DNA of 64,000 nt from Macrostomum hystrix (Eukaryota; Animalia; Platyhelminthes): assembly GCA_950097015.1 (NCBI GenBank), contig CATNEN010000041.1, forward strand, positions 620,001 to 684,000. The letters are read 5' to 3'. Below the pieces are notes generated by a model that did no database searches, had not been told where the DNA came from, and was given only the letters and a program-made list of their open reading frames with translations. Below, in pieces: positions 34,099-44,900 of this stretch. Made by a program: the position numbers and the translations under genes. Each line of letters opens with the position of its first letter. The stretch's first letter is position 1.

Positions 34099-37000
34099 AT
34101 GGAGGCTAAACTAGTTTCCGCCCTGCAGGACGGCGATTCCGAGCAGCTGCTGCGGCTGTGCGGCAAACTGGACAAGTGAGATCGAAAATTTTCTGTGCTG
34201 TAGCTGAGCACGTGGACAAAATGCTTTGTTACTACTTAAAGAAAGCTATAATTAGTAGTGAGTTTGCATCCGAAAAGTTCTAATACCTGGCTGGATGTTT
34301 AGCGGAGTCTATTTTCACGAAGGTTTACGCTGTCAAGAGGCAGCTTGACCTTTATACTGGCACAATGAAGGAATAGGAATGTAGGGCTCCTAGAGAATCA
34401 CAATACCTCCCGGTATTGTCAGAATTATTCTCCTTTGTGGCAGGGATAAAACTTCCTGAAACTGAACAACCCAGAAAACAGGCAGGGATAAAACTTCCTG
34501 AAACTGAGCAACCCAAAAACAGGCAGGGATAAAACTTCCTGAAACTGAGCAACCCAGAAAACAGGCAGGGATAAAACTTCCTGAAACTGAGCAACCCAGA
34601 AAACAGGCAGGGATAAAACTTCCTGAAACTGAACAACCCAGAAAACAGGCAGGGATAAAACTTCCTGAAACTGAACAACCCAGAAAACAGGCAGGGATAA
34701 AACTTCCTGAAACTGAACAACCCAGAAAACAGGCAGGGATAAAACTTCCTGAAACTGAACAACCCAGAAAACAGGCAGGGATAAAACTTCCTGAAACTGA
34801 ACAACCCAGAAAACAGGCAGGGATAAAACTTCCTGAAACTGAACAACCCAAAAACAGGCAGGGATGAAACTCTCGCAGAGTCTACCCCGATGCCGAACCC
34901 CATCAGGAACATCATTGTGACAGTCTCGAGCCTCAACGCCGACTCCGAACCGCCCGCCCAGCCGGTGGCCCACCAGGTGGCCTGCCGCTCCAGCAGCGCC
35001 CAGAGCTTCGCCGCGCTGCTCAGCCGGCTGGGCCCCGACCTGCTGGAGAGCCGGAACTCCAGCGGGGACACCCCCGTGCATTGCGCTGCCCGCTACCAGA
35101 GCTACGCCTGGCTGCAGCTGATCTTGAATAGCCTGCAAGATACCGGGCGCCACGGCGGCCTCGGCTGCTTCCAGCTGGCTGGCAGGTCAGGGCGGACACC
35201 GGCGCACTGCGCCGCTCAGAACAAGCGCAGCAACTCGGCGCTGAAATGGCTTGTCAGGGAGTTCGGCAGCCGCTGCCTGACGGTGCCCGACCAGTTCGGC
35301 TTCACGCCGGTGCACCTTGCGGCCTGGCACCAGGGCGTGGACTCGCTGCAGCTGATTAAGAATGAACTCGGCAGCAATGCCTGCTTTCCTCTGGCCAGGC
35401 AGGTGCGGCCGCACCCCGATCCACTGCGCGGCTGCTAACCTGGTGCGACTGACGATCAACCTGCGTTCGTTATCCCTGACATCTTCATTTCTTTATCAAT
35501 GACACGTGTATTCATAATAAATTGACAACTAGTCACAATCCCTGACTCATTGCGCTCGCAGGACAACAGCTCCGTGCTGACCTGGCTCGTCAACGAGTGC
35601 GGTCGAGCGAGTCTGGAGGTGGCGGACAGCAATGGCGACACTGTGCTGCACCTGGCAGCGAGGCACCAGGTGGGCACCTGGTTGATGAGGGTGGCGCTGC
35701 GCCAGCTGGGCCCGGACTGCTTAAAACGGCGGGGCAAATGGAGACGGACGGTGGTGCATTCGGCTGCCATGAACTCCAGGGACAGCTCGGCGCTCAAGTT
35801 GATGGCCAGGTAAAATAACTTCAAGTGCACTCAGGATGCCTGCGCAAGCTCGTCCCCGGGATGAGGATCCGAATTGAGAATCACCAGACATTGGTCGGTG
35901 AAAAACCAGTTGAAGCTCAGACTGGATGTCAGTCACTGATGTGCGAGTATGAATGGGTCGTTATGAGGAGTGAGACATTGTGAGGAGTGAGACATTGTGA
36001 GGAGTGAGACATTGTAAGGGGAGAGACATAGATATAGACAGGCGATCATTTAACTACAGGCGATGCGGCCGGGACTGCCTGACGGCGGTGGATGCGTTTG
36101 GCAACACGCCGGTTCACCTGGCCGCGTGGAAGCAGGGCGCGGACTCCATGGTACTGATGAAGCAGAGCCTTGGCGCGGAATGCTTCCAGCAGAGAGGCCA
36201 GTTCGAGAGGAAGGCCATGCACTGGGCTGCCATGAACCGAAGCGGCATCTCGGCTCTCAAGTGGCTGGTGGACAAGCTAGGAGCAGACAGCCTGCTGGAG
36301 CTGACATACTTCGGCAATACGCCGGTTCACCTGGCTGCATGGAAGCAGGGCGCGGAGTCAATGGCGCTGGCAAAGAGCCATCTGGGAGCCCGCTGCTTCG
36401 ACGCGCGGGGCCAGTGCGGCCGCTCCGTGTTGCACAAGGCGGCGCTGAACACCGCCGGCAACTCGGCACTCAAGTGGCTGGTGGAGCAGTGCGGCAGCGG
36501 CCGGCTGAGCGAGACCGATGACCAGGGCAACACGGTGGCCCACCTGGCCGCATGGAAGCAGGTGAGCAGCAGATGGGAGGGCAGGGCGGGAAGCAGGTGA
36601 GCAGCAGATGGGAGGGCAGGGCGGGAAGCAGGTGAGCAGCAGATGGTAGGGCAGGGCGGGAAGCAGGTGAGCAGCAGATGGGAGGGCAGGGCGGGAAGCA
36701 GGTGATCAGCTGATGGGAGGGCAGGGCGGGAAGCAGGTGAGCAGCAGATGGGAGGGCCGGGCGGGAAGCAGGTGAGCAGCAGATGGGAGGGCCGGGCGGG
36801 AAGCAGGTGAGCAGCAGATGGGAGGGCAGGGCGGGAAGCAGGTGATCAGCAGATGGGAGGGCAGGGCGGGAAGCAGGTGAGCAGCAGATGGTAGGGCAGG
36901 GCGGGAAGCAGGTGAGCAGCAGATGGGAGGGCAGGGCGGGAAGCAGGTGAGCAGCAGATGGGAGGGCAGGGCGGGAAGCAGGTGAGCAGCAGATGGGAGG

Positions 37001-37955
37001 GCAGGGCGGGAAGCAGGTGATCAGCAGATGGTAGGGCAGGGCGGGAAGCAGGTGAGCAGCAGATGGGAGGGCAGGGCGGGAAGCAGGTGAGCAGCAGATG
37101 GGAGGGCAGGGCGGGAAGCAGGTGATCAGCAGATGGGAGGGCAGGGCGGGAAGCAGGTGAGCAGCAGATGGGAGGGCAGGGCGGGAAGCAGGTGAGCAGC
37201 AGATGGGAGGGCAGGGCGGGAAGCAGGTGATCAGCAGATGGGAGGGCAGGGCGGGAAGCAGGTGATCAGCAGATGGGAGGGCAGGGCGGGAAGCAGGTGA
37301 TCAGCAGATGGGAGGGCAGGGCGGGAAGCAGGTGATCAGCAGATGGGAGGGCAGGGCGGGAAGCAGGTGATCAGCAGATGGGAGGGCAGGGCGGGAAGCA
37401 GGTGAGCAGCAGATGGGAGGGCAGGGCGGGAAGCAGGTGAGCAGCAGATGGGAGGGCCGGGCGGGAAGCAGGTGAGCAGCAGATGGGAGGGCCGGGCGGG
37501 AAGATCATATGAGGCCACCCGAATCAGTGGTCCTACTGCCCCATCTTCAGGGCAAGGACTCCCTGAATTTCATCGCTGACAGCATCGGCAAGGAGGCCAT
37601 GCGCAGCAGAGGCAATGCCAACTGGACCCTGGCGCACATGGCCGCTCAGAACGTGAGAAGCAGCTCCGCACTGGTCTGGTGTGTCAACAATTTCGGCAAG
37701 GACTGCCTGCTGGACAAAGATTCGAAGGGCCGAAGCCCCGCCCACCTGGCAGCCAGGTACCAGGGCCTGGAGTCGCTGAGCCTCATCAAGAACTGCCTGG
37801 GAGTGGCCGCGTTCCACGAGCTGAAGGACTCGAAGGGCCTGACGGTTGCGCAATACGCGGCGCAGAATGAAGATGCGCAGCTGATACTGGCGTGGATCGC
37901 TGAGCAGCAGAAGGAAGATGAATGCTCAGATTCCGAGCAGTCTGATTCAGTTTAA
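34099..37955 (+). CDS. Ankyrin-repeat-only protein (~15 repeats), 5 exons, with an apparent +1 frameshift near 35390
   Basis: Exons 34099-34175, 34862-35442 (or -35402), 35562-35809, 36060-36561, 37551-37955. Repeated G-x-T-P-V-H-L-A-A motifs. About 603 aa if the frameshift is corrected, about 590 aa with the alternative donor at 35403. The exon 1 to exon 2 link is less certain. Confidence 0.8.
34439..34870. repeat. 42-bp array spanning a splice acceptor (GGCAG/GGATAAAACTTCCTGAAACTGAACAACCCAGAAAACA), 10 copies
   Basis: Eight 42-bp and two 41-bp units between 34444 and 34862. Confidence 0.95.
36554..37503. repeat. 35-bp array spanning a splice donor (GGAAGCAG/GTGAGCAGCAGATGGGAGGGCAGGGCG), about 27 copies
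   Basis: Starts in the last 8 nt of ankyrin exon 4. Confidence 0.97.
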
Positions 37956-38733
37956 GGTGGCTGCTATCGATTTTAGTTGGCCAACCAGCTCACATTCCTA
38001 ATTAAATATTATTTTTTGTTGACCAATACTGAACTTTGCCATTTGCGGATTCGATACGTACCCGATGAGGCTGTTTTAGCTCGTATCCAGTATTAACTAA
38101 GCTATATTACTGGTCTCTAAAATGAAATAGTTGTACTAGAAAAAAGGCAAGTTTTTAACAGACAGAGCACAGAATTGAACAGGCAAGCTCATGTTTAACG
38201 GAGTAATACTTATGCTCCCGTCTGAATATATTAGTTGTGTAGAAAAATACAAGCTTTGAAAATGCCGCACAATTATTAAATTGAATGCACAGTTTTTGTA
38301 GCTGCCGATTACTGCTACTGATATTTAAATGTAAGTTCTGGCCACACACTGTTGATTGCTTAGCTATATCTGTTAATAAAATATCAAGGGAACAAAGATG
38401 CACTTGCAACACTTACAAATCAGCTGTTATGCTTGCCGATAAAAATGCGACACTATTAAGCAACCTGGCGACTACGAGTACAATTGAGCCGTATGAGATC
38501 ACAACAATAACAGCAGTAAACAAATGAATTGCTGGACTAAATAAGAAAACACTGAAGCATTAGGGCCCACAAAAGAGAAGAATTACATAGAGTAGACAAT
38601 AGCATTGCGACTTCTTTTAGAATATTCACATTTCGAATAAAAATACTACACTTCTTATCCTGTAGAAAATTGCACTGGATTATTAAACTTGAGGTGTCTA
38701 TTCCACACGTACATTTAGATGTACTTGTCCTTT

Positions 38734-38968
38734 GGCTTGCTGTGATCTTATGGTGTGTATGGTTTGGCTGCGCCGCCATTGGCTTGCTGTGATCTTATGG
38801 TGTGTATAGGTTTGGCTGCGCCGCCATTGGCTTGCTGTGATCTTATGGTGTGTATAGGTTTGGCTGCGCCGCCATTGGCTTGCTGTGATCTTATGGTGTG
38901 TATGGTTTGGCTGCGCCGCCATTGGCTTGCTGTGATCTTATGGTGTGTATGGTTTGGCTGCGCCGCCA
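38734..38968. repeat. 47/48-bp array, about 5 copies, immediately 3-prime of the NCAPD2 stop (likely 3-prime UTR)
   Basis: Unit GGCTTGCTGTGATCTTATGGTGTGTAT(A)GGTTTGGCTGCGCCGCCATT. Confidence 0.9.
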
Positions 38969-38984
38969 CTGTGGCAACGGGCCG

Positions 38985-41900
38985 TCACTCGCTATCGTCG
39001 CTAAACACCGCCGTCCTCCTTCTGGCAGCGGCGGCCGCCCTTCGCTTGCTGCCCCCGCGAACGCCACCCGAAGGTCCGGCAGGTGCTTCTTCATCACCGG
39101 CGGCTGCGGCGGCGGCAGCAGCAGCGATGGCGGCTGCGGCCGTGGTGTTGGCGGCGGTGCTGGATCTCTTGCGCCTCTGCTGAGCCTTTTTGGCGGCCTT
39201 CTCAGCACGCTGCATCGCCTCCTCGTTGTCCACCTGCTTGACGTGAAACTCCTCAATCTTGGCGTTCAGCTCGGCCAGGACTCCAGCCATGTCGCCAGTG
39301 CCCCCACCGCCGCCGACCTGCTGGGAACCGCCGCCTGCGGCAGCGGCAGCGGCTGCAGCCGCGGGACCGCCCTGAGGAGCGGCTCTGCCAGCGTTGGCCG
39401 TGATGGACTTGAAGCAGTTGTACACCTCCGCCTCGTGTAGCTTGTCGGAGAAGGTGGCGATGTTCTCCAGCAGCTTGCGCAGCATCCGCTCGCTGTAGGT
39501 CATGAGGTTCAGGCAGTAGGCGAAGTCGCGCCACTGTCTGGGATTCTCCAGGCCCCGGAGGCGGATGCAGAGCTTCTCCACCAGCTGCTCGCAGTGCCTC
39601 TCGCCGCGAACCAGCGGGAACAGGAAGTCGCAGATCTCCTAAGGCGGCCATGAACGGAAGGGGAAGAAACTCATTGTTAGGCTTGTAATACAGACTCTTT
39701 TTAGAGGATAATACAGGCTCTGATTTGAGGATAATACAGGCAATGATTAGAGGATAATATAGGCAATAATTAGAGGATAATACAGGCTCTGATTAGAGAA
39801 TACAGGCTCTGATTAGAGAATACAGGCTTTGATTAGAGGATAATACAGTCTTTGATTAGAGGATAATACAGGCTTTGATTAGAGGATAATACAGGCTTTG
39901 ATTACAGGATAATACAGGCTCTGATTAGAGAATACAGGCTCTGATTAGAGAATACAGGCTTTGATTAGAGGATAATACAGGCTTTGATTAGAGGATAATA
40001 CAGGCTTTGATTAGAGGATAATACAGGCTTTGATTACAGGATAATACAGGCTCTGATTAGAGAATACAGGCTTTGATTAGAGGATAATACAGTCTTTGAT
40101 TAGAGGATAATACAGGCTTTGATTAGAGGATAATACAGGCTTTGATTACAGGATAATACAGGCTCTGATTAGAGAATACAGGCTCTGATTAGAGAATACA
40201 GGCTTTGATTAGAGGATAATACAGGCTTTGATTAGAGGATAATACAGGCTCTGATTAGAGAATACAGGCTCTGATTAGAGAATACAGGCTTTGATTAGAG
40301 GATAATACAGGCTTTGATTACAGGATAATACAGGCTCTGATTAGAGAATACAGGCTCTGATTAGAGAATACAGGCTCTGATTAGAGAATACAGGCTTTGA
40401 TTAGAGGATAATACAGGCTTTGATTAGAGGATAATACAGTCTTTGATTACAGGATAATACAGGCTCTGATTAGAGAATACAGGCTCTGATTAGAGAATAC
40501 AGGCTTTGATTAGAGGATAATACAGGCTTTGATTAGAGGATAATACAGGCTTTGATTAGAGGATAATACAGGCTTTGATTAGAGGATAATACAGGTAATG
40601 ATTAGAGGATGATACAGGTAATGATTAGAGGATAATACAGGCTTTGATTAGAGAATAAAGGCTCTGATTAGAGGATAATACAGGTAATGATTAGAGGATA
40701 ATACAGGCTTTGATTAGAGGATAATACAGGCTTTGATTAGAGGATAATACAGGCTCTGATTAGAGGATAATACAGGCTCTGATTAGAGAATACAGGCTCT
40801 GATTTGAGGATAAAACAGACCCCAAGCCAGTCCACTAACCTTGAACTGGGCCTCGTTAATCTCAGAGTCGCTCAGCCGGTTGATGATGTCCGGCAGCACA
40901 TTGTAGAGCGCGTTGCCCTTGTTAGACAGCTCGGAGAAGAACAGCTTGGCCAGGTGGGCGATGCGGGACTGGCTGTCGCAGATACAGGTGGTCATCTCGC
41001 TGATCTGGCCCTTCACCTTGATCATGTCGTTCAGGATGAGGTGGCTCAGGGTGTTCAGGGCGTTCAGCCGGACCCGGGCGCTGGCGTCGCGCAGCCGGCC
41101 GTAGAGGCTGGCGGTCCAGGGCTCGATGAGGTTAGGAAAGCGCTTGGCCAGGTCGCCCAGGGCCACGATGAGGTTGGCGCGGATGACCTCGGACTGGCTG
41201 TTCTCGGCCAAGGTGAACAGCAGGCACAGGTGCTGATCGCAGAAGTTGGCGGATACCAGCATGAGCTTCGCCAGGGCCAGGCTGGCCGCGGCCTGCAGCT
41301 GCTCGGACTGGAAGGCGGCCGGCTGCTGGCATACGTGCACAACCAGGGGGGCCAGGTAGCTGAGCAGGTGCCGGTCATCGTACAGCAGCACCGTGTCTAG
41401 CAGGCGCCGGATCTGCTCCGCCTCCTGGTCATCGGCTGAGGCGCCCTCCAGGCCCAGCTCCTCCTCCGCCGAGACCGGCTGCGCGCTCTGCGGTATTGGG
41501 AGAGGGCGCGGCCGTTACGTGGATGAGATGAGATTCTGACTCACTGATTCTGTCTCAACCTACTGATTCTGTCTCACCCTACTGATTCTGTCTCACCCTA
41601 CTGATTTTGTCTCACCCTACTGATTCTGTCTCACCCTACTGATTCTGTCTCACTCTACTGATTCTGTCTCACCCTACTGATTCTGTCTCACCCTACTGAT
41701 TCTGTCTCACCCTACTGATTCTGTCTCACCCTACTGATTCTGTCTCACCCTACTGATTCTGTCTCACCCTACTGATTCTGTCTCACCCTACTGATTCTAT
41801 CTCACCCTACTGATTCTATCTCACCCTACTGATTCTGTCTCACTCTACTGATTCTATCTCACCCTACTGATTCTGTCTCACCCTACTGATTCTATCTCAC

Positions 41901-44900
41901 CCTACTGATTCTGTCTCACCCTACTGATTCTGTCTCACCCTACTGATTCTGTCTCACCCTACTGATTCTGTCTCACCCTACTGATTCTGTCTCACCCTAC
42001 TGATTCTGTCTCACCCTACTGATTCTGTCTCACCCTACTGATTCTGTCTCACCATACTGATTCTGTGTCACCCTACTGATTCTGTGTCACCCTACTGATT
42101 CTGTGTCACCCTACTGATTCTGTGTCACCCTACTGATTCTGTCTCACCCTACTGATTCTATCTCACCCTACTGACTCTGATTCTGATTCTTGATTCCAAA
42201 TAAGCTAGTCACTCAGTCAACAGCCATAGCCACCTTCCGCTTGGAGGCCTTGGCCGCCGAGGCGCTGCCAGCCCTGCTGTTGTCCCCGCCTTTGTTGGCC
42301 TCCTTCAACGCGGCGCGTCGCTTCAACTCGGCCAGCACGGCAACTTCCAGGTGCACGAGCACCTTGAGCGCCACGTGGCCAATTAGGGCGACGAATTTGG
42401 CCATCATGCTGGACGCCAGGCTCAGTTGCGGCTGCGGAATGGCCGCTTCAGCTTCGGCCGGTTCAAAGTTGGCCTGCGATGGCGGCGCCTCCGCTCCGTC
42501 GGTCGCCTTGTCGGCCCCGGCGCCGCCGCTTTCCAGTAGAAGGCGGGCCATGCGCCGGATCAGGCTTACAGCCAGCTTGTCCGGACAGTCGGCCAGAGTG
42601 TAGATCACGGACACCGCCTGCGGGATGGGATTTTAGTTTTCAACTATCAGGGAATATCTCAGATCTGATCTTAATTGAGGAATGCCAACAAAGAGTCCAA
42701 CCTGTTCCATCATGGGCATCCAGAAGCGGCTTTCACCAGCAGCCGAAGTCACAATAATATCCAGCAGCCGCTGGAACAGCTCGCTGTCGGTGGGCATCCT
42801 GCAGGACTCCTGAGCGGCGGCAGTGGCTGACGCGGGGGCGCCGCCAGCCGCGCCGGCTTTTGCCTTGGCAGGCAGGACGGCAATGCGCTGCAGGGCTACG
42901 CAGGTGTACTGCACGAGCTGCAGGTCGGTGCAGTCCAGGCACAGGCCTTCGCTAACCAGCAGCTGGGTGTTGGCCCGCACAATGCCCGGCTCCTCGGCAG
43001 CCATCATGCCCAGCAGAATGACAGCGGCTCGCCGGTCCTGGCTGGAGTTGCCGATGCGGCGGGCAAACTTATCCCAGGCTCCCTGGCAGAGATGGAGGCG
43101 GAAATCGCGACATTGCATTAGATTCAATAGGATGAGATTGACGTCTATTAGGGTAAGATTGCCATTTGATAGTGTGAGATTGGCACATACCATGGCGAGA
43201 TTAACAATCCACTAGGGGAGATAGACGTCGATTCCCAAATCGACATAGATTAGGGTGAGATTTACATTTTTAAGGTGAGATTGACATCGATTAGGGTGAG
43301 ATTTACATTTTTAAGGTGAGATTGACATCGATTAGGGTGAGATTTACATTTTTAAGGTGAGATTGACATCGATTAGGTTGAGTTTAAGTCCAGAGGGTAA
43401 GAAACCAATGAACTGCGTAAGGTTGACTTTGTTAGTGTTAAGATTGACATTAAGTAGGGTGAGATTGACGTTAAGGAGGATAAGATTGACGTTAAGTAGG
43501 GTGAGATTGACATTAAGCAGGGTCAGATTGACACCAGGCAAAATGAGATTGTGCTAAAATGATCAGATTCGGTCCCTGACCTGCACCACAGGCTTATCGA
43601 TGACGCCGGACCGGACAAACTCGCACACCAGCTTCTCCAGGGACAGCAGGTCGCCGAGGGTGGCGGAGCAGACGAGCTGGCTAAGGCTGCCCACGATGCC
43701 GTTCACGCGCATTTTAACGGCGTCATCTGGCTTGATGCCCGCCTCCGGCTCCACGAACACCTCCGTGTACATTTTCTCGTAGGCGGACACCACCGCCTGC
43801 TTGATGGCGGCCTCCTTGGACCAGACGAGGCCCAGCATCTTCTTGAAGCCGGGGCCGCACTCGGCCATGCCTTGTTGGTGCCCGGCTAGCAGGAAGGCCA
43901 CGGCCTCCAAGATGTCACTCTGGGTGGACGAGCCCAGCATGGCCACGACAAACGGGATGGCGGACTTCACCTGCTCAACGAACTGCAGGCTCTGCTGCAG
44001 GCAGCCGATGAGAGTCTGCTGCTTGGCGATCTGGGCGCAGGCCTCCGACTGCCGGGTATTGACAGTGTAGGCTTCGCCTGCGAGACAGGTGCGAATTTTA
44101 CAGGTTTATAAAAGGGCAAATAACACAAATGAAAGGGGAATGACAGCTGTCAATTGCGGGTGAACTGCCCAGTTGCGTCACTGGAGCTGGAGCAAATTTG
44201 AGGATTTTTTTAAGGATATGAAAATATGTAAATGAAAGATCTATGTGACGTATAGAACAGAATAGAAAGCTTAGGACAACAGTAACAGCTACAGTTCAGG
44301 GCTGATAATAATGGCTAGTTTCTATCTAAGCGATAACAGAATGCTCATTAACAAGCAAGGAGCAACCCAGAATGGATGTATAAGGCGTAGCACCAGAGGT
44401 CCGGGACTCGAACCCACGGCACAACAATAGTACAAACACAAAGGCTAAATGAAGAAGTGCACGAGACACTTAAAATATTGGTTTGCATGCGTGCAAGCAC
44501 AAGGCATATTTAGATGCCATAGCAGCCAAACAGTAAAATAAAAGATATGCCGGTAGAAGCACTTGGGATTGGCTGCACAGCCACTTTGCCAAACAATTCA
44601 CTTTACCGACGCAGTCCGCAGGACCCGAGAGACGCTCTTGAGAGTGTGAGAGCGGTGGATTGGGAGAGTGTTTAGGACTTAAACTCTGCTTGAGTAGCCC
44701 TCTAACTCTTGCTTGCCCTGAATAGCACTGAATAGTTTAGACTATGGACAGGACATTAGGTGAATGATTAAACATAATGATAATAAACCGGTTAGATAAT
44801 TAAATGACTGATCAGAATGATCATAAACAGGTAGGGGAATGACTAAACAGAATCATCATGAACAGGTTAGGTAGGTGAATGACTAATCAGAATGATCATA

